Assembly: GCA_964641955.1 (NCBI GenBank)
Contig: CAZXNM010000018.1
Span: 25,620 to 89,619 of the forward strand
Length of the DNA stretch: 64,000 nt
Source of the DNA: an uncultured Planctomycetota bacterium
GTDB taxonomy: Bacteria > Planctomycetota > SKW154 > DAOVDS01
Direction: 5' to 3'
Shown here piece after piece: positions 18,865-27,509 of the stretch. The number at the start of each line of letters is the position of its first letter. Position 1 is the first letter of the stretch. The notes under the pieces are model-generated. The model saw only the letters and a list, made by a program, of their open reading frames with translations. It was not told where the DNA came from and made no database searches. Position numbers and translations under genes: made by a program.

Positions 18865-21800
18865 ATGACCAGGCGCGCGATTGCTGCCGCGTTGCTTTTA
18901 ATTCTCGCGCTTGGACTCTGCGATGCCGCGTTGGCCCAGGAAGAGAAGGAGTTCGAGGAGGATTTCCCCACCCACCGCTGGCCAATCGTGAACATCACGC
19001 GCGAGAAGCACAGATACAGCCTGAGGGCCCTCTACCTCCCTTTCCCGCTGTTCGAGCGGGAATGCAGGCCTAACGGATACGACTACCTGGCTGTGAGGCC
19101 GTTCTACTCGCGGACGATAGACCCGGAAAGGGAACTGGACTCTTTCAACCTGCTGTATCTCTTCGTGTACACGAAGGAAGCGGATGACACGCGCGTGGAG
19201 ATGCGACCCTTCTTCTGGCACGCGAACAGTCCCGAGAGGTCGCATACGGTGGTCTTTCCCATTTTCTGGCGATACCTGTGGGAGGACAGCGCGAGGACCG
19301 TGGTCTTCCCGTTCTTCTGGCGCTCGAGCTGGGGGGACGACCACACGACGGCGGTGTTCCCGCTGGTGTGGACGAGCCGCTGGGGAGATGATGCCTCCAC
19401 CGTAGTGTTCCCCTTCTTCTGGAAATACCGCTGGGGAAAAGACAGCGCGAGCGTCGTTTTCCCCTTCTACTGGCATCGCAGGGACGGCCCGGAGGTATCG
19501 GCGATATTCCTGCCTTTCTTCTGGTACGAGCGCAGGCCCGGATACTCTTCGGTCGATGTATGGCCGTTCTACGGGCGCTCGACTAGCGAGGATGGGAGCC
19601 GGTGGAACCGCCTGCTGGCGCCGGTCTTTTCGTGGGGCGGCGACTCTCCGGACGAGTTCCAGTTCAACATGCTCTGGCCGCTCAACACAGTCTACTGGAA
19701 CAGCGCTGAGAAGCGTTTCCTGATGCGGATATTTCCCCTGCTGTTTCATGAGAGCGGCGAGGGGACGCGCCCCTACACGGTTATCTTCCCGGTGTTCTGG
19801 AGCCTTCCTGCCGGCGAGGACGGGCGCTTCAACATGGTGTTTCCGCTTTTCTGGACAATGCGTGCCGGAGGCATATCGAACCTGTTTATTTTTCCGAGCT
19901 TCTATCGCAGTACCTGTGGCGATACCAGTCGGACGGTCTTCTTCCCGTTCTTCTGGCACGTCACCGACGGGGAAGCATACAAGACTTTCATCTTCCCGAG
20001 CTTCTTCAGCAGGCGCACGCAGGATGTCAAAGAGACGGGCTTCCTGCCGTTCTTCTGGCATCTGGCCAGAGAGGGAGAAACGAGGACGTTCATCTTTCCC
20101 GGTTACTATCGGCGGAACGCCGGGGAGAACACGGACACGGTCTTTTTCCCCGTTTACTGGGATTTCAGGAGGGGCGAGTCGCTCACGAGGCTCATTTTTC
20201 CGCTCTATTTCCACCGGAAGGCCGGCGACGAGGCGGCGACGGTTCTCTTCCCGTTATGGTGGAATTTCCGCAGGGGCGAGAACTCCACGAAACTGCTGCT
20301 ACCACTGTGCTACCGGCGAGTCGCGGGCGAGGAGAAGGATTTAGTCCTGTTCCCGTTCTACTGGTGCTTCGCCAGGCCCGGAGCCACAACGACGTGCATC
20401 TTTCCCAACTGCTACTTCCACTCCACGGAGGAGCAGAGCGAGAGCGTGGTTTTCCCGTTCTACTGGAACTTCCGCAAGGACGAATCCCTGACGAGGGTGC
20501 TGTTCCCCTTCCATTTCCACCGGACTTCCGGCGAGAAGAAGGCGAACGTATGGTTCCCATTCTACTGGAACTTCCGGGAAGGCGAGGACCACACGAAGCT
20601 GATTCTCCCGACTTACTACAGCCGCGTCTCCGGCGAGGAAAAGACGAAGGTTGTCTTCCCGTTCTACTACCACTCCGAGGATTCCGAAAGCAGCACGACC
20701 TTCATCGCCCCGAATTTCTACAAAGGCATTTCGGGAGTCGATAAAAAGACGATGCTCTTTCCGTTCTTCTGGGACCTGCGCGGTGAGAACTCGCGCTCGT
20801 TTCACGTATGGCCGTTTTACGGTTACGAGTACGAAGGCGAGAATTACCGGCGCCACTGGGTTTCGCTGCCGCTGTTTTCGTGGGCGACTCACGGCCCGGG
20901 CGACAGGGAGTACGACCTCCTCTGGCCGCTTTTCAAGTATCACACGAACAAAGAAAAGGGCCTGACCTACGCCCGCGCCTTCCCGCTGGCGTTCCACAAG
21001 CGAAGCAACGAAGGCAGGCAGTTCACTGTCATCTTCCCGACCCTGTGGCATTTCGCCGACCCCTCTTCGGACAGCAGCTTCACGTCGGTCTTTCCGTTCT
21101 ACTGGCACAGCAAGAGAGAGTCCGGCGCGCGCTTCACCTCGGTTTTTCCCGTGTACTGGAACAACACAAGCTCCGATGGCGGCAGGTTCACTTCCGTATT
21201 CCCGTTCTACTGGAAGAACGTCAACCCGGAGGGCGACAGATTCACGGCGGTGTTTCCCTTCTACTGGAACAACAAGCCCGCCGACGGCGGCGATTTTACA
21301 TCCCTCTTTCCCTTTTACTGGCATAACCGAACCAGGTCGGGTTCCGTTCTCAACGCGCTGTTTCCTTTCTACTGGGAGAAATACAGCCCGGACGGCGACC
21401 GATTCAGGGCGGTCTTTCCCGTCTACTGGTACAATCGCACGCTGGAAGGCTCGGTTTTCACGTCAGTGTTCCCGTTTTACTGGAAGCATTGGGGCGCGGG
21501 CGGGAACGTATTCACGGGAGTGTTCCCGTTCTACTGGCGCAATCGCAGCGCGAAAGGAGATGTTTTTACTTCCCTCTTCCCGCTTTACTGGCACAGTGCC
21601 AGGACCACGGGCTCGCGATTCACTTCCATCTTCCCGCTTTACTGGGACAACCTGAAAGCGGATGGCGACCGGCTTACGACACTCTTCCCGGTGTTCTGGA
21701 AAGTCAAAGAGGGCGACCAGCGCTGCGTCCACGTCTGGCCTTTGTTCGGGTACGACAGGTGGGGCGAGGAGCGCAGCAGGTACTCCTTCCTGTTTCCGCT

Positions 21801-22869
21801 GATAACGTACGACATTCGCACTGACAGCTTTTTCGACCCGGATTTCGAGCCGGAGGGAAAAGGGCGTTCGGGCGCCGAGCGCTCGTTCTGCATCAATCCG
21901 CTGTTCCGCTTCAAGACGAGCCCGCGGGGAATCAGCACTCATCTGTTTCCGCTCTACATATACGACCGCGACAGGTTCAGGGATTGGTCGCGCCTGTTTC
22001 TTTTCTGGCCCCTGTGGAGGACGGAGTGGAGCAGGGAACGCTTCAGCAGCTACCTCTTCCCGCTCTATATCTACGGCAGGGAGCCCGGCTCCTACAGCCT
22101 GCACCTTTTCTGGCCGCTCTTCCGCTTCGCGCGAGACCGGAACCGGACGGCCAGCCACCTGTTCCCCCTGTACATCTACAATCACAATAAAATCGACAAT
22201 TCCTGCGACCTGTCCGTGATGTGGCCGCTGTTTCAGTACGCCGGAGACGGAAACGAGACGACGAGCTATCTATTCCCGCTGTACTACTATCAGAGGAACC
22301 GGGCCGAGAAATCGGTGAATCTCAATCTCGCGGCGGGCCTTCTGGGCTACTCTTCCGACAGGCACGGGGTCAGGAGCTATCTTTTCCCGCTGTGCAGGTA
22401 CGAGAGCGACAGGCGCAAGGAAGAAAGGCGATTCTCGGTGCTCCAGGTTGCGCCCGACGACACGTTCTCGCTGTTCCGCTACGCATCGAACAAAGACTCG
22501 ACGAAATCCCACCTGTTTCCGCTGTACTACTACAGCCGCGACAAGACGAAGGATGAGACCAGATTCTCCGTGCTCTGGCCGATATTCATGTCGAAGAGCA
22601 GCCCGAAGGAGAAGAGATTCAACTTCCTCTGGAAAGTGTGCGACGGCTACCGCGACGCCGACGGAAACGGTCATTTCGCCATCCTCCACGAGCTTGTGAG
22701 GTCGGAGAAGGATGGCGAGTCCTACAGTTTCAGGGTCAATCCGTTCTACTCCTACGACAGGCGCGGTAAAGTATACCGGGTGAGCATCCTCTGGGGTACT
22801 CTTTACAGCGATGAGGTCCGAAAGGATGGTACGCGTAGAAGGAGAGTGCTGGGTTTCATACCGTTTTGA
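18865..22869 (+). CDS. Giant secreted aromatic-repeat protein (FP(F/L)(Y/F)W repeats), probable outer-membrane or surface beta-rich protein
   Basis: ATG 18865 with a signal peptide ending AALA-Q. Tandem 17-19 aa repeats over nearly the whole length. C-terminal Phe. Confidence 0.85.
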   Translation: MTRRAIAAALLLILALGLCDAALAQEEKEFEEDFPTHRWPIVNITREKHRYSLRALYLPFPLFERECRPNGYDYLAVRPFYSRTIDPERELDSFNLLYLFVYTKEADDTRVEMRPFFWHANSPERSHTVVFPIFWRYLWEDSARTVVFPFFWRSSWGDDHTTAVFPLVWTSRWGDDASTVVFPFFWKYRWGKDSASVVFPFYWHRRDGPEVSAIFLPFFWYERRPGYSSVDVWPFYGRSTSEDGSRWNRLLAPVFSWGGDSPDEFQFNMLWPLNTVYWNSAEKRFLMRIFPLLFHESGEGTRPYTVIFPVFWSLPAGEDGRFNMVFPLFWTMRAGGISNLFIFPSFYRSTCGDTSRTVFFPFFWHVTDGEAYKTFIFPSFFSRRTQDVKETGFLPFFWHLAREGETRTFIFPGYYRRNAGENTDTVFFPVYWDFRRGESLTRLIFPLYFHRKAGDEAATVLFPLWWNFRRGENSTKLLLPLCYRRVAGEEKDLVLFPFYWCFARPGATTTCIFPNCYFHSTEEQSESVVFPFYWNFRKDESLTRVLFPFHFHRTSGEKKANVWFPFYWNFREGEDHTKLILPTYYSRVSGEEKTKVVFPFYYHSEDSESSTTFIAPNFYKGISGVDKKTMLFPFFWDLRGENSRSFHVWPFYGYEYEGENYRRHWVSLPLFSWATHGPGDREYDLLWPLFKYHTNKEKGLTYARAFPLAFHKRSNEGRQFTVIFPTLWHFADPSSDSSFTSVFPFYWHSKRESGARFTSVFPVYWNNTSSDGGRFTSVFPFYWKNVNPEGDRFTAVFPFYWNNKPADGGDFTSLFPFYWHNRTRSGSVLNALFPFYWEKYSPDGDRFRAVFPVYWYNRTLEGSVFTSVFPFYWKHWGAGGNVFTGVFPFYWRNRSAKGDVFTSLFPLYWHSARTTGSRFTSIFPLYWDNLKADGDRLTTLFPVFWKVKEGDQRCVHVWPLFGYDRWGEERSRYSFLFPLITYDIRTDSFFDPDFEPEGKGRSGAERSFCINPLFRFKTSPRGISTHLFPLYIYDRDRFRDWSRLFLFWPLWRTEWSRERFSSYLFPLYIYGREPGSYSLHLFWPLFRFARDRNRTASHLFPLYIYNHNKIDNSCDLSVMWPLFQYAGDGNETTSYLFPLYYYQRNRAEKSVNLNLAAGLLGYSSDRHGVRSYLFPLCRYESDRRKEERRFSVLQVAPDDTFSLFRYASNKDSTKSHLFPLYYYSRDKTKDETRFSVLWPIFMSKSSPKEKRFNFLWKVCDGYRDADGNGHFAILHELVRSEKDGESYSFRVNPFYSYDRRGKVYRVSILWGTLYSDEVRKDGTRRRRVLGFIPF

Positions 22870-22887
22870 GCCGCACGCGGGTTGCTT

Positions 22888-23955
22888 CTAAGAGAACTTG
22901 AACGTCACGACCGTGATGTCGTCGTGCTGGGTAGCGCGGCCCTGGTGCTCGGTAAGCGCATTGACGAGCGTATTGAGAAACTCGGCCGAACTCTTGTCCC
23001 CGTACTCGGAGACGATGTCAAGGAACGCCTCCTCGCCGAACTCATCCTGGTGTTCGTTCATTGACTCGACCACGCCGTCGGTGTAGGCCACGATGCGGTC
23101 ACCGGGCTGTATTTGGATGAGGTCTTCCTTGAGAGTGCGCTCGAAGACGGGCCCCATGTCGAGGCCTATGGCGATGCCCTGTGGATTGACGAGGCGGTAG
23201 TTGTTGTCGCGCCAGAGGATGAGCGGGTTGTGGCCGGCGTTTATCACCTGCAGCGTCGTGGTGCGCACGTTGAGCACCATGTAGAGGACGGTCAGGAACA
23301 TGACGTTCTTTATGTCGCGGGTCATGAACTTGTTGACCTTGACGATGGTGTCGCGCGCGGAAGGATTGCCCCGCGCAAGGAGGCGCAGCGTCGTGCGCGC
23401 CATCGTCATAATCATGCCAGCGGGCACGCCCTTGCCCGAGACGTCCGCCACCACGATGCCGAGGTTCTCGTGGTCTATCGCGATGAAGTCGTAGTAGTCG
23501 CCGCCGATTTCCTTGGCGGAGTGGTAGTGCACCTTCATGTCGAAGCCGCGGATGGTCGGAATCCTGTCCGGCAACAGGTTGAACTGAATCTTCGTCGCGC
23601 GCGCGAGGTCTGCCTGCGCGGCCGCTTCTTCTCCCTTCATCTTGCCGATGGCCGAGAGCAGCATCTTCTTGCCGGTGCTCATCGGCGGCGGCCTCCGCCG
23701 GCGTGGCGGCGGGGCATACCCTCTGCCCTTGCTGGGTCCCCGGTGTCGTGGAGGGGGATGGTAGGCTGGGGGAGGGTGGCGTGTCGGCGTGCGCCTCGGT
23801 GCGCGTGGCGGTCCCGGCTTCTTGTCTCTTCCCCCTTCCGTTTCGGAAGGCCTGAACTTGTTCCCGCAGACGGGACACTTCACTGAGAGTTCGTAATACT
23901 CATCAGGGATTGACAGGAGCTTGCCGCATTCGGAACAGGTCACCTTCTTAGCCAC
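22888..23955 (-). CDS. PP2C/SpoIIE-family Ser/Thr phosphatase with an N-terminal zinc ribbon
   Basis: CSECG...CPVCG ribbon, Pro/Arg linker, then GGDYYD, VADVSGKG, YTDGV and DDIT. Likely GTG start at 23955. Confidence 0.92.
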   Translation of the reverse strand: MAKKVTCSECGKLLSIPDEYYELSVKCPVCGNKFRPSETEGGRDKKPGPPRAPRRTPTRHPPPAYHPPPRHRGPSKGRGYAPPPRRRRPPPMSTGKKMLLSAIGKMKGEEAAAQADLARATKIQFNLLPDRIPTIRGFDMKVHYHSAKEIGGDYYDFIAIDHENLGIVVADVSGKGVPAGMIMTMARTTLRLLARGNPSARDTIVKVNKFMTRDIKNVMFLTVLYMVLNVRTTTLQVINAGHNPLILWRDNNYRLVNPQGIAIGLDMGPVFERTLKEDLIQIQPGDRIVAYTDGVVESMNEHQDEFGEEAFLDIVSEYGDKSSAEFLNTLVNALTEHQGRATQHDDITVVTFKFS

Positions 23956-24002
23956 GGCCAATTCTCCGCCATGCACTGCCAGGCTGCACGATGAGTTTAA
24001 AC

Positions 24003-24031
24003 AGTATAACCCATTACCGGCAGGTTGTCAA
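24003..24031 (-). promoter_or_regulatory. Near-consensus sigma70 promoter for the PP2C gene
   Basis: Minus strand TTGACA-17 nt-TATACT. Confidence 0.7.
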
Positions 24032-24036
24032 GGAGG

Positions 24037-24137
24037 CGGCCCCGATAATTTGCCGGAGGTGATGTTACTTCAGCAGATGCCTGCTCAACGCAACGTATTC
24101 CCCGGCAAGCAGTTATCGTACTTATACTGAGGGGCCG
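24037..24137 (+). ncRNA. Candidate structured RNA of unassigned family
   Basis: Nested stems CGGCCC/GGGCCG, CGATAA/TTATCG and TTTGCCGG/CCGGCAAG enclose the hairpins GAGGT/ACTTC and AGCAG/CTGCT. Confidence 0.3.
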
Positions 24138-24420
24138 ACGGGCTGCAGCAGACCGAGCACATCTGGCGTCACTTTTTTCGGAACAAGCAAATCGAGCACC
24201 ATGGTCGCGCCTGACACGATATGTTCGCATGCGACTTCGCCTGATTGCAGGCAACTGTGAAATGCCGTTACAGTGGGCCGGCGGACAGGTCGATATAACC
24301 GGTGGCAACGGTATGTAAGTCGCTCTTTGACAATCGGTTGGAAAGGAGGTGCTTATCGAGCGAAGCTGTTGAGCATTTCTATACCAGTCAGTCCAGTAGC
24401 GCATCAGAAAGGAGACTTTT

Positions 24421-25290
24421 ATGCGCACGGTACTGAGAAGACTGGTGCTTCTTTTCGTTGTTGCGTTCGCGCTGACTGTCCTGGGACAGCCGGCAGGTGC
24501 GCACTATGACCCGTGGGCGAAGGAGCGAGCCGCAATCGCCAGGCAGTACGAGGCGAAGATGAAGCAGCTTGCTTCCGAGAACGCGGAGCTGAAGAATGAG
24601 CTTGAAGAGTCTCACAGGCATGCTCAGGAAGTAGAGAAGCAGCTTGACGAGTACAAGCTCAGGCTCCAGCACCTGCACAACGCGATTGCGCTGCGCAACA
24701 AGCGCCACGACAGGCTTGCGGAAAAGAAGGAAGCTGTGTGCACGAAAAGCGTGGAAAGCATGCCCACCGTCGAATCCACGGCGGTAGTGAATGTCCCCAC
24801 GACTCTAGCACAAAAGCTCGCCCCGGTTCAGGCAGTCTCCGTCGAGACTGCCGCCAAACCGGACAACTCGAGCGCATTCGGGCGTTTCCGGACGTTCGAC
24901 CATGCGCGAAAAGCCGTCAGGAGTCTGCTGCTTTCCTTGTGCTGCCCGCCCTGGATGTCGGCGGCGGCCAGTCACGAGAGCGGCGAGACATGCCGGGAAA
25001 TCGCTAAACCTGTCACGGAGAAGCCCGTCCCGAACCTTGAGAGCCTTCGCAGGCGCGTCAGGGAACTCGGGACCCGGCTGAAGGGTGCTGTAGAGAAAAG
25101 GCCCGTCCCGCAGAAAGTCAAGTCGGAGAAACACTCCCCGGCGCCACAAGCTCCCAGAGGACTCAGGGAAAAACTGCTTGAGGAACTACGGGAAGCGTTC
25201 CGCAGCGAGCTTCAGAAGAGGCTCGAAGCGCTCAGACGCCATCTGGAGGGAAGGTTCACAACGCAAAAGCACCGAAGCACGTGGTTCTAA
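24421..25290 (+). CDS. Secreted coiled-coil hypothetical protein
   Basis: SD AGGAG, signal peptide ending PAGA-H, long heptad-like helices, followed by a terminator. Confidence 0.7.
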   Translation: MRTVLRRLVLLFVVAFALTVLGQPAGAHYDPWAKERAAIARQYEAKMKQLASENAELKNELEESHRHAQEVEKQLDEYKLRLQHLHNAIALRNKRHDRLAEKKEAVCTKSVESMPTVESTAVVNVPTTLAQKLAPVQAVSVETAAKPDNSSAFGRFRTFDHARKAVRSLLLSLCCPPWMSAAASHESGETCREIAKPVTEKPVPNLESLRRRVRELGTRLKGAVEKRPVPQKVKSEKHSPAPQAPRGLREKLLEELREAFRSELQKRLEALRRHLEGRFTTQKHRSTWF

Positions 25291-25308
25291 CGAAGAGGAG
25301 ACACCTGC

Positions 25309-25335
25309 AAAAGGCGGCCTTCAGGGCCGCCTTTT
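25309..25335. terminator. Bidirectional intrinsic terminator
   Basis: AAAA-GGCGGCC-TTCAG-GGCCGCC-TTTT between convergent genes. Confidence 0.85.
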
Positions 25336-25367
25336 CGTATTTTAGCCAAAGATGCGTGCGCCGGGGC

Positions 25368-26471
25368 TTATGATGCTCGAATGTGCTGCACCTGGCAGCC
25401 TTCGACCACGAGCTTGGCCGCTTCGGCGAATTTCCACTGGCTCACGTAGGCTTGAACGGCTTTCTTCCTCAGCTCCCCGTTCTGGGGAGAGATTTCGAGT
25501 GCTCCCTTGAGTATGCCCGCGGCCGTTTGGTGGTTCCCCTCCCGGCTTGCGAGGTCCGCGAGGTCGGCCATTCTCGACGCGGCTTCTTCGTGCGAACCGG
25601 CGCTCAGGACAATCTCGTCCAGCCTCGCCCGGTAGCCGAGGTCGTCCACTGCCCAGGACTTCGGTTTTCGCCACTGCTCCTCGGTCTTATTCTCTGCGGG
25701 AGGCGGAGGCGGCGCTGGCTCCGCGGCAAGCTCGCCGGCTGCTTCGCGTATCCGGCCCCGCCGTATCAGGTAGGTAACGAGCTTGGCGGTCGAGTCGCGG
25801 TCGAGCCCGAGGCGGCTCGATATCTCATCGATTGTGAGCGGTTTGTCGAGTATAAACGGCAGCCTGCTGACGATGGCCAGCGGTATGCCGAACGGCGAAG
25901 TGTCGGGCATTACGGGATAGCCGTTCTTGTAAATGTACCTGGACCCGGAGTTCTGTACGTTTACCAGAAGTACCGTCCATTCGTCAACGTTCCTGGCGGC
26001 CTCGACGAGAAGGCGGCTCACGTTTATATCGAAGACGCGGCCCTCGCCGGTCGGGTCGAAGTAGCTTTCCCTCGGGAGGCCCGGCTCGAACGAAAACTCA
26101 GCGTTGTTCCAAAGGAATATCTCGCAGATTTCCTCTTCTATCTGGCGGCGCAGGCAGTCCTCGATTTCCTCGCGGCTGAGCAGGCCGTACTCCACCAGAA
26201 TATCACCCAGCTTCCTGCCGGTGGACCTGTTAATCTGAAGCGCGAACTCGAGGTCTTCCGGAGAGAAATCTTCCTTCTCCAGCAGAATGCTGCCGAGTCT
26301 CGTGTGTCTCAGGGAACCCGTGGACAGCAGCCGGACGCCGCCGGTGCTGAAGTGGACCTTGATTTCCTTGCCGCCGGACGAAACTGAGAGGATGCCCTCG
26401 CGCTTGCTCAATGCGAGCGCCTGGAAGATATCGGCCAGTCCTACTGCCCGCGTATCACCCTTCAAAGCCAT
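25368..26471 (-). CDS. DUF4388-domain protein with a GspE/PilB-N-like LGxxL segment and a C-terminal TPR-like region
   Basis: MALKGDTRAVGLADIFQAL...EGILSV, RLGSILLE...KLGDILVEYG, and EIFLWNNAEFSFEPG. Confidence 0.8.
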   Translation of the reverse strand: MALKGDTRAVGLADIFQALALSKREGILSVSSGGKEIKVHFSTGGVRLLSTGSLRHTRLGSILLEKEDFSPEDLEFALQINRSTGRKLGDILVEYGLLSREEIEDCLRRQIEEEICEIFLWNNAEFSFEPGLPRESYFDPTGEGRVFDINVSRLLVEAARNVDEWTVLLVNVQNSGSRYIYKNGYPVMPDTSPFGIPLAIVSRLPFILDKPLTIDEISSRLGLDRDSTAKLVTYLIRRGRIREAAGELAAEPAPPPPPAENKTEEQWRKPKSWAVDDLGYRARLDEIVLSAGSHEEAASRMADLADLASREGNHQTAAGILKGALEISPQNGELRKKAVQAYVSQWKFAEAAKLVVEGCQVQHIRAS

Positions 26472-26766
26472 GCCTGTCCCCCTGCAAATATCACCACTTC
26501 GCCGGGGAATACACCGAACCCCGCAGCGACAGGCCCGGCTGTTCGTGCATTTCTTTCAGCGAATCAGTGCCGGGTACGATTTCGAAATAAGTTAGCGGCG
26601 AAGAGGCGTGAATTCAAGTAAAATCGCATCGAGACGAAATTTTTCGGCAGGTTCTTGCGGGCTGCCGCATGCCGCCGCTTGGTCATTCGGCAGAAGGCTT
26701 GCATACTCTGGCCGAGTTCGTTAGAATCTGCACGCCAACCCGGAAAAATATAAGGAGAAATATGAT

Positions 26767-27486
26767 ATGGGCGAACGTACCCGGAAGCTCGAAAGGCTGC
26801 ACGATGATAGGGAACTGCTGCAAAGCAGGCCGAAAGTCGCGGAGCCTGATTTCACTTCTTCGGACCCGTGGCGGGTTTTTCGCATACTCGGTGAGTTTGT
26901 AGAAGGGTTTGACACGCTGCACAATCTCGGACCTGCCGTGGCGTTTTTCGGCTCGTCGCGGCTTGCCCCTGGCAGCGAATACTACAGGTCGGCGGAACTC
27001 GCGGCGCAGATTGTCGCAAGAAGGGGACTGAATGTAATCACCGGAGGTGGCCCCGGAATCATGGAGGCTGCTAACAAGGGCGCCTTCGCGGAAAAAGGAG
27101 TGTCGGTCGGGTGCAACATCCAGCTCCCCATGGAGCAGGAGCCGAACGAATACCAGAAAATCTCCCTGCAGTTCAGATACTTCTTCGTCCGCAAGATGAT
27201 GTTCGTCAAGTACTCGGTGGCGTTCGTCATTTTTCCCGGCGGGTACGGCACGATAGACGAACTCTTCGAGGCGCTCACGCTCGTGCAGACCGAGAAAATA
27301 GAGCATTTCCCCATTATCCTCTTCGGTTCCGAGTACTGGACGCCCCTGGTGGATTGGCTGAGAAATACCATGCTCGCAGAGGGCTGCATCTCGGAAGAGG
27401 ACCTCGACATTTTCACAATAACGGACGACTACGAAGAGCTGGCCAGGGTTATCGAGGACAACTGCAGGGCGCAGGGATACATGTAA
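26767..27486 (+). CDS. LOG-family (TIGR00730-type) nucleotide phosphoribohydrolase
   Basis: ITGGGPGIMEAANKGA, FRYFFVRKMMF, and PGGYGTIDELFE. Confidence 0.92.
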   Translation: MGERTRKLERLHDDRELLQSRPKVAEPDFTSSDPWRVFRILGEFVEGFDTLHNLGPAVAFFGSSRLAPGSEYYRSAELAAQIVARRGLNVITGGGPGIMEAANKGAFAEKGVSVGCNIQLPMEQEPNEYQKISLQFRYFFVRKMMFVKYSVAFVIFPGGYGTIDELFEALTLVQTEKIEHFPIILFGSEYWTPLVDWLRNTMLAEGCISEEDLDIFTITDDYEELARVIEDNCRAQGYM

Positions 27487-27509
27487 GCTTGCGGATATGA
27501 GGGGCTGCG

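Noticed and set aside
19230-22700. CRISPR array or DNA tandem repeat suggested by the periodic TTCCCGTT(C/T)TACTGG pattern
   Set aside because: The periodicity is in-frame protein repeat coding with degenerate third positions and no constant DNA repeat-spacer structure. No cas genes are present.
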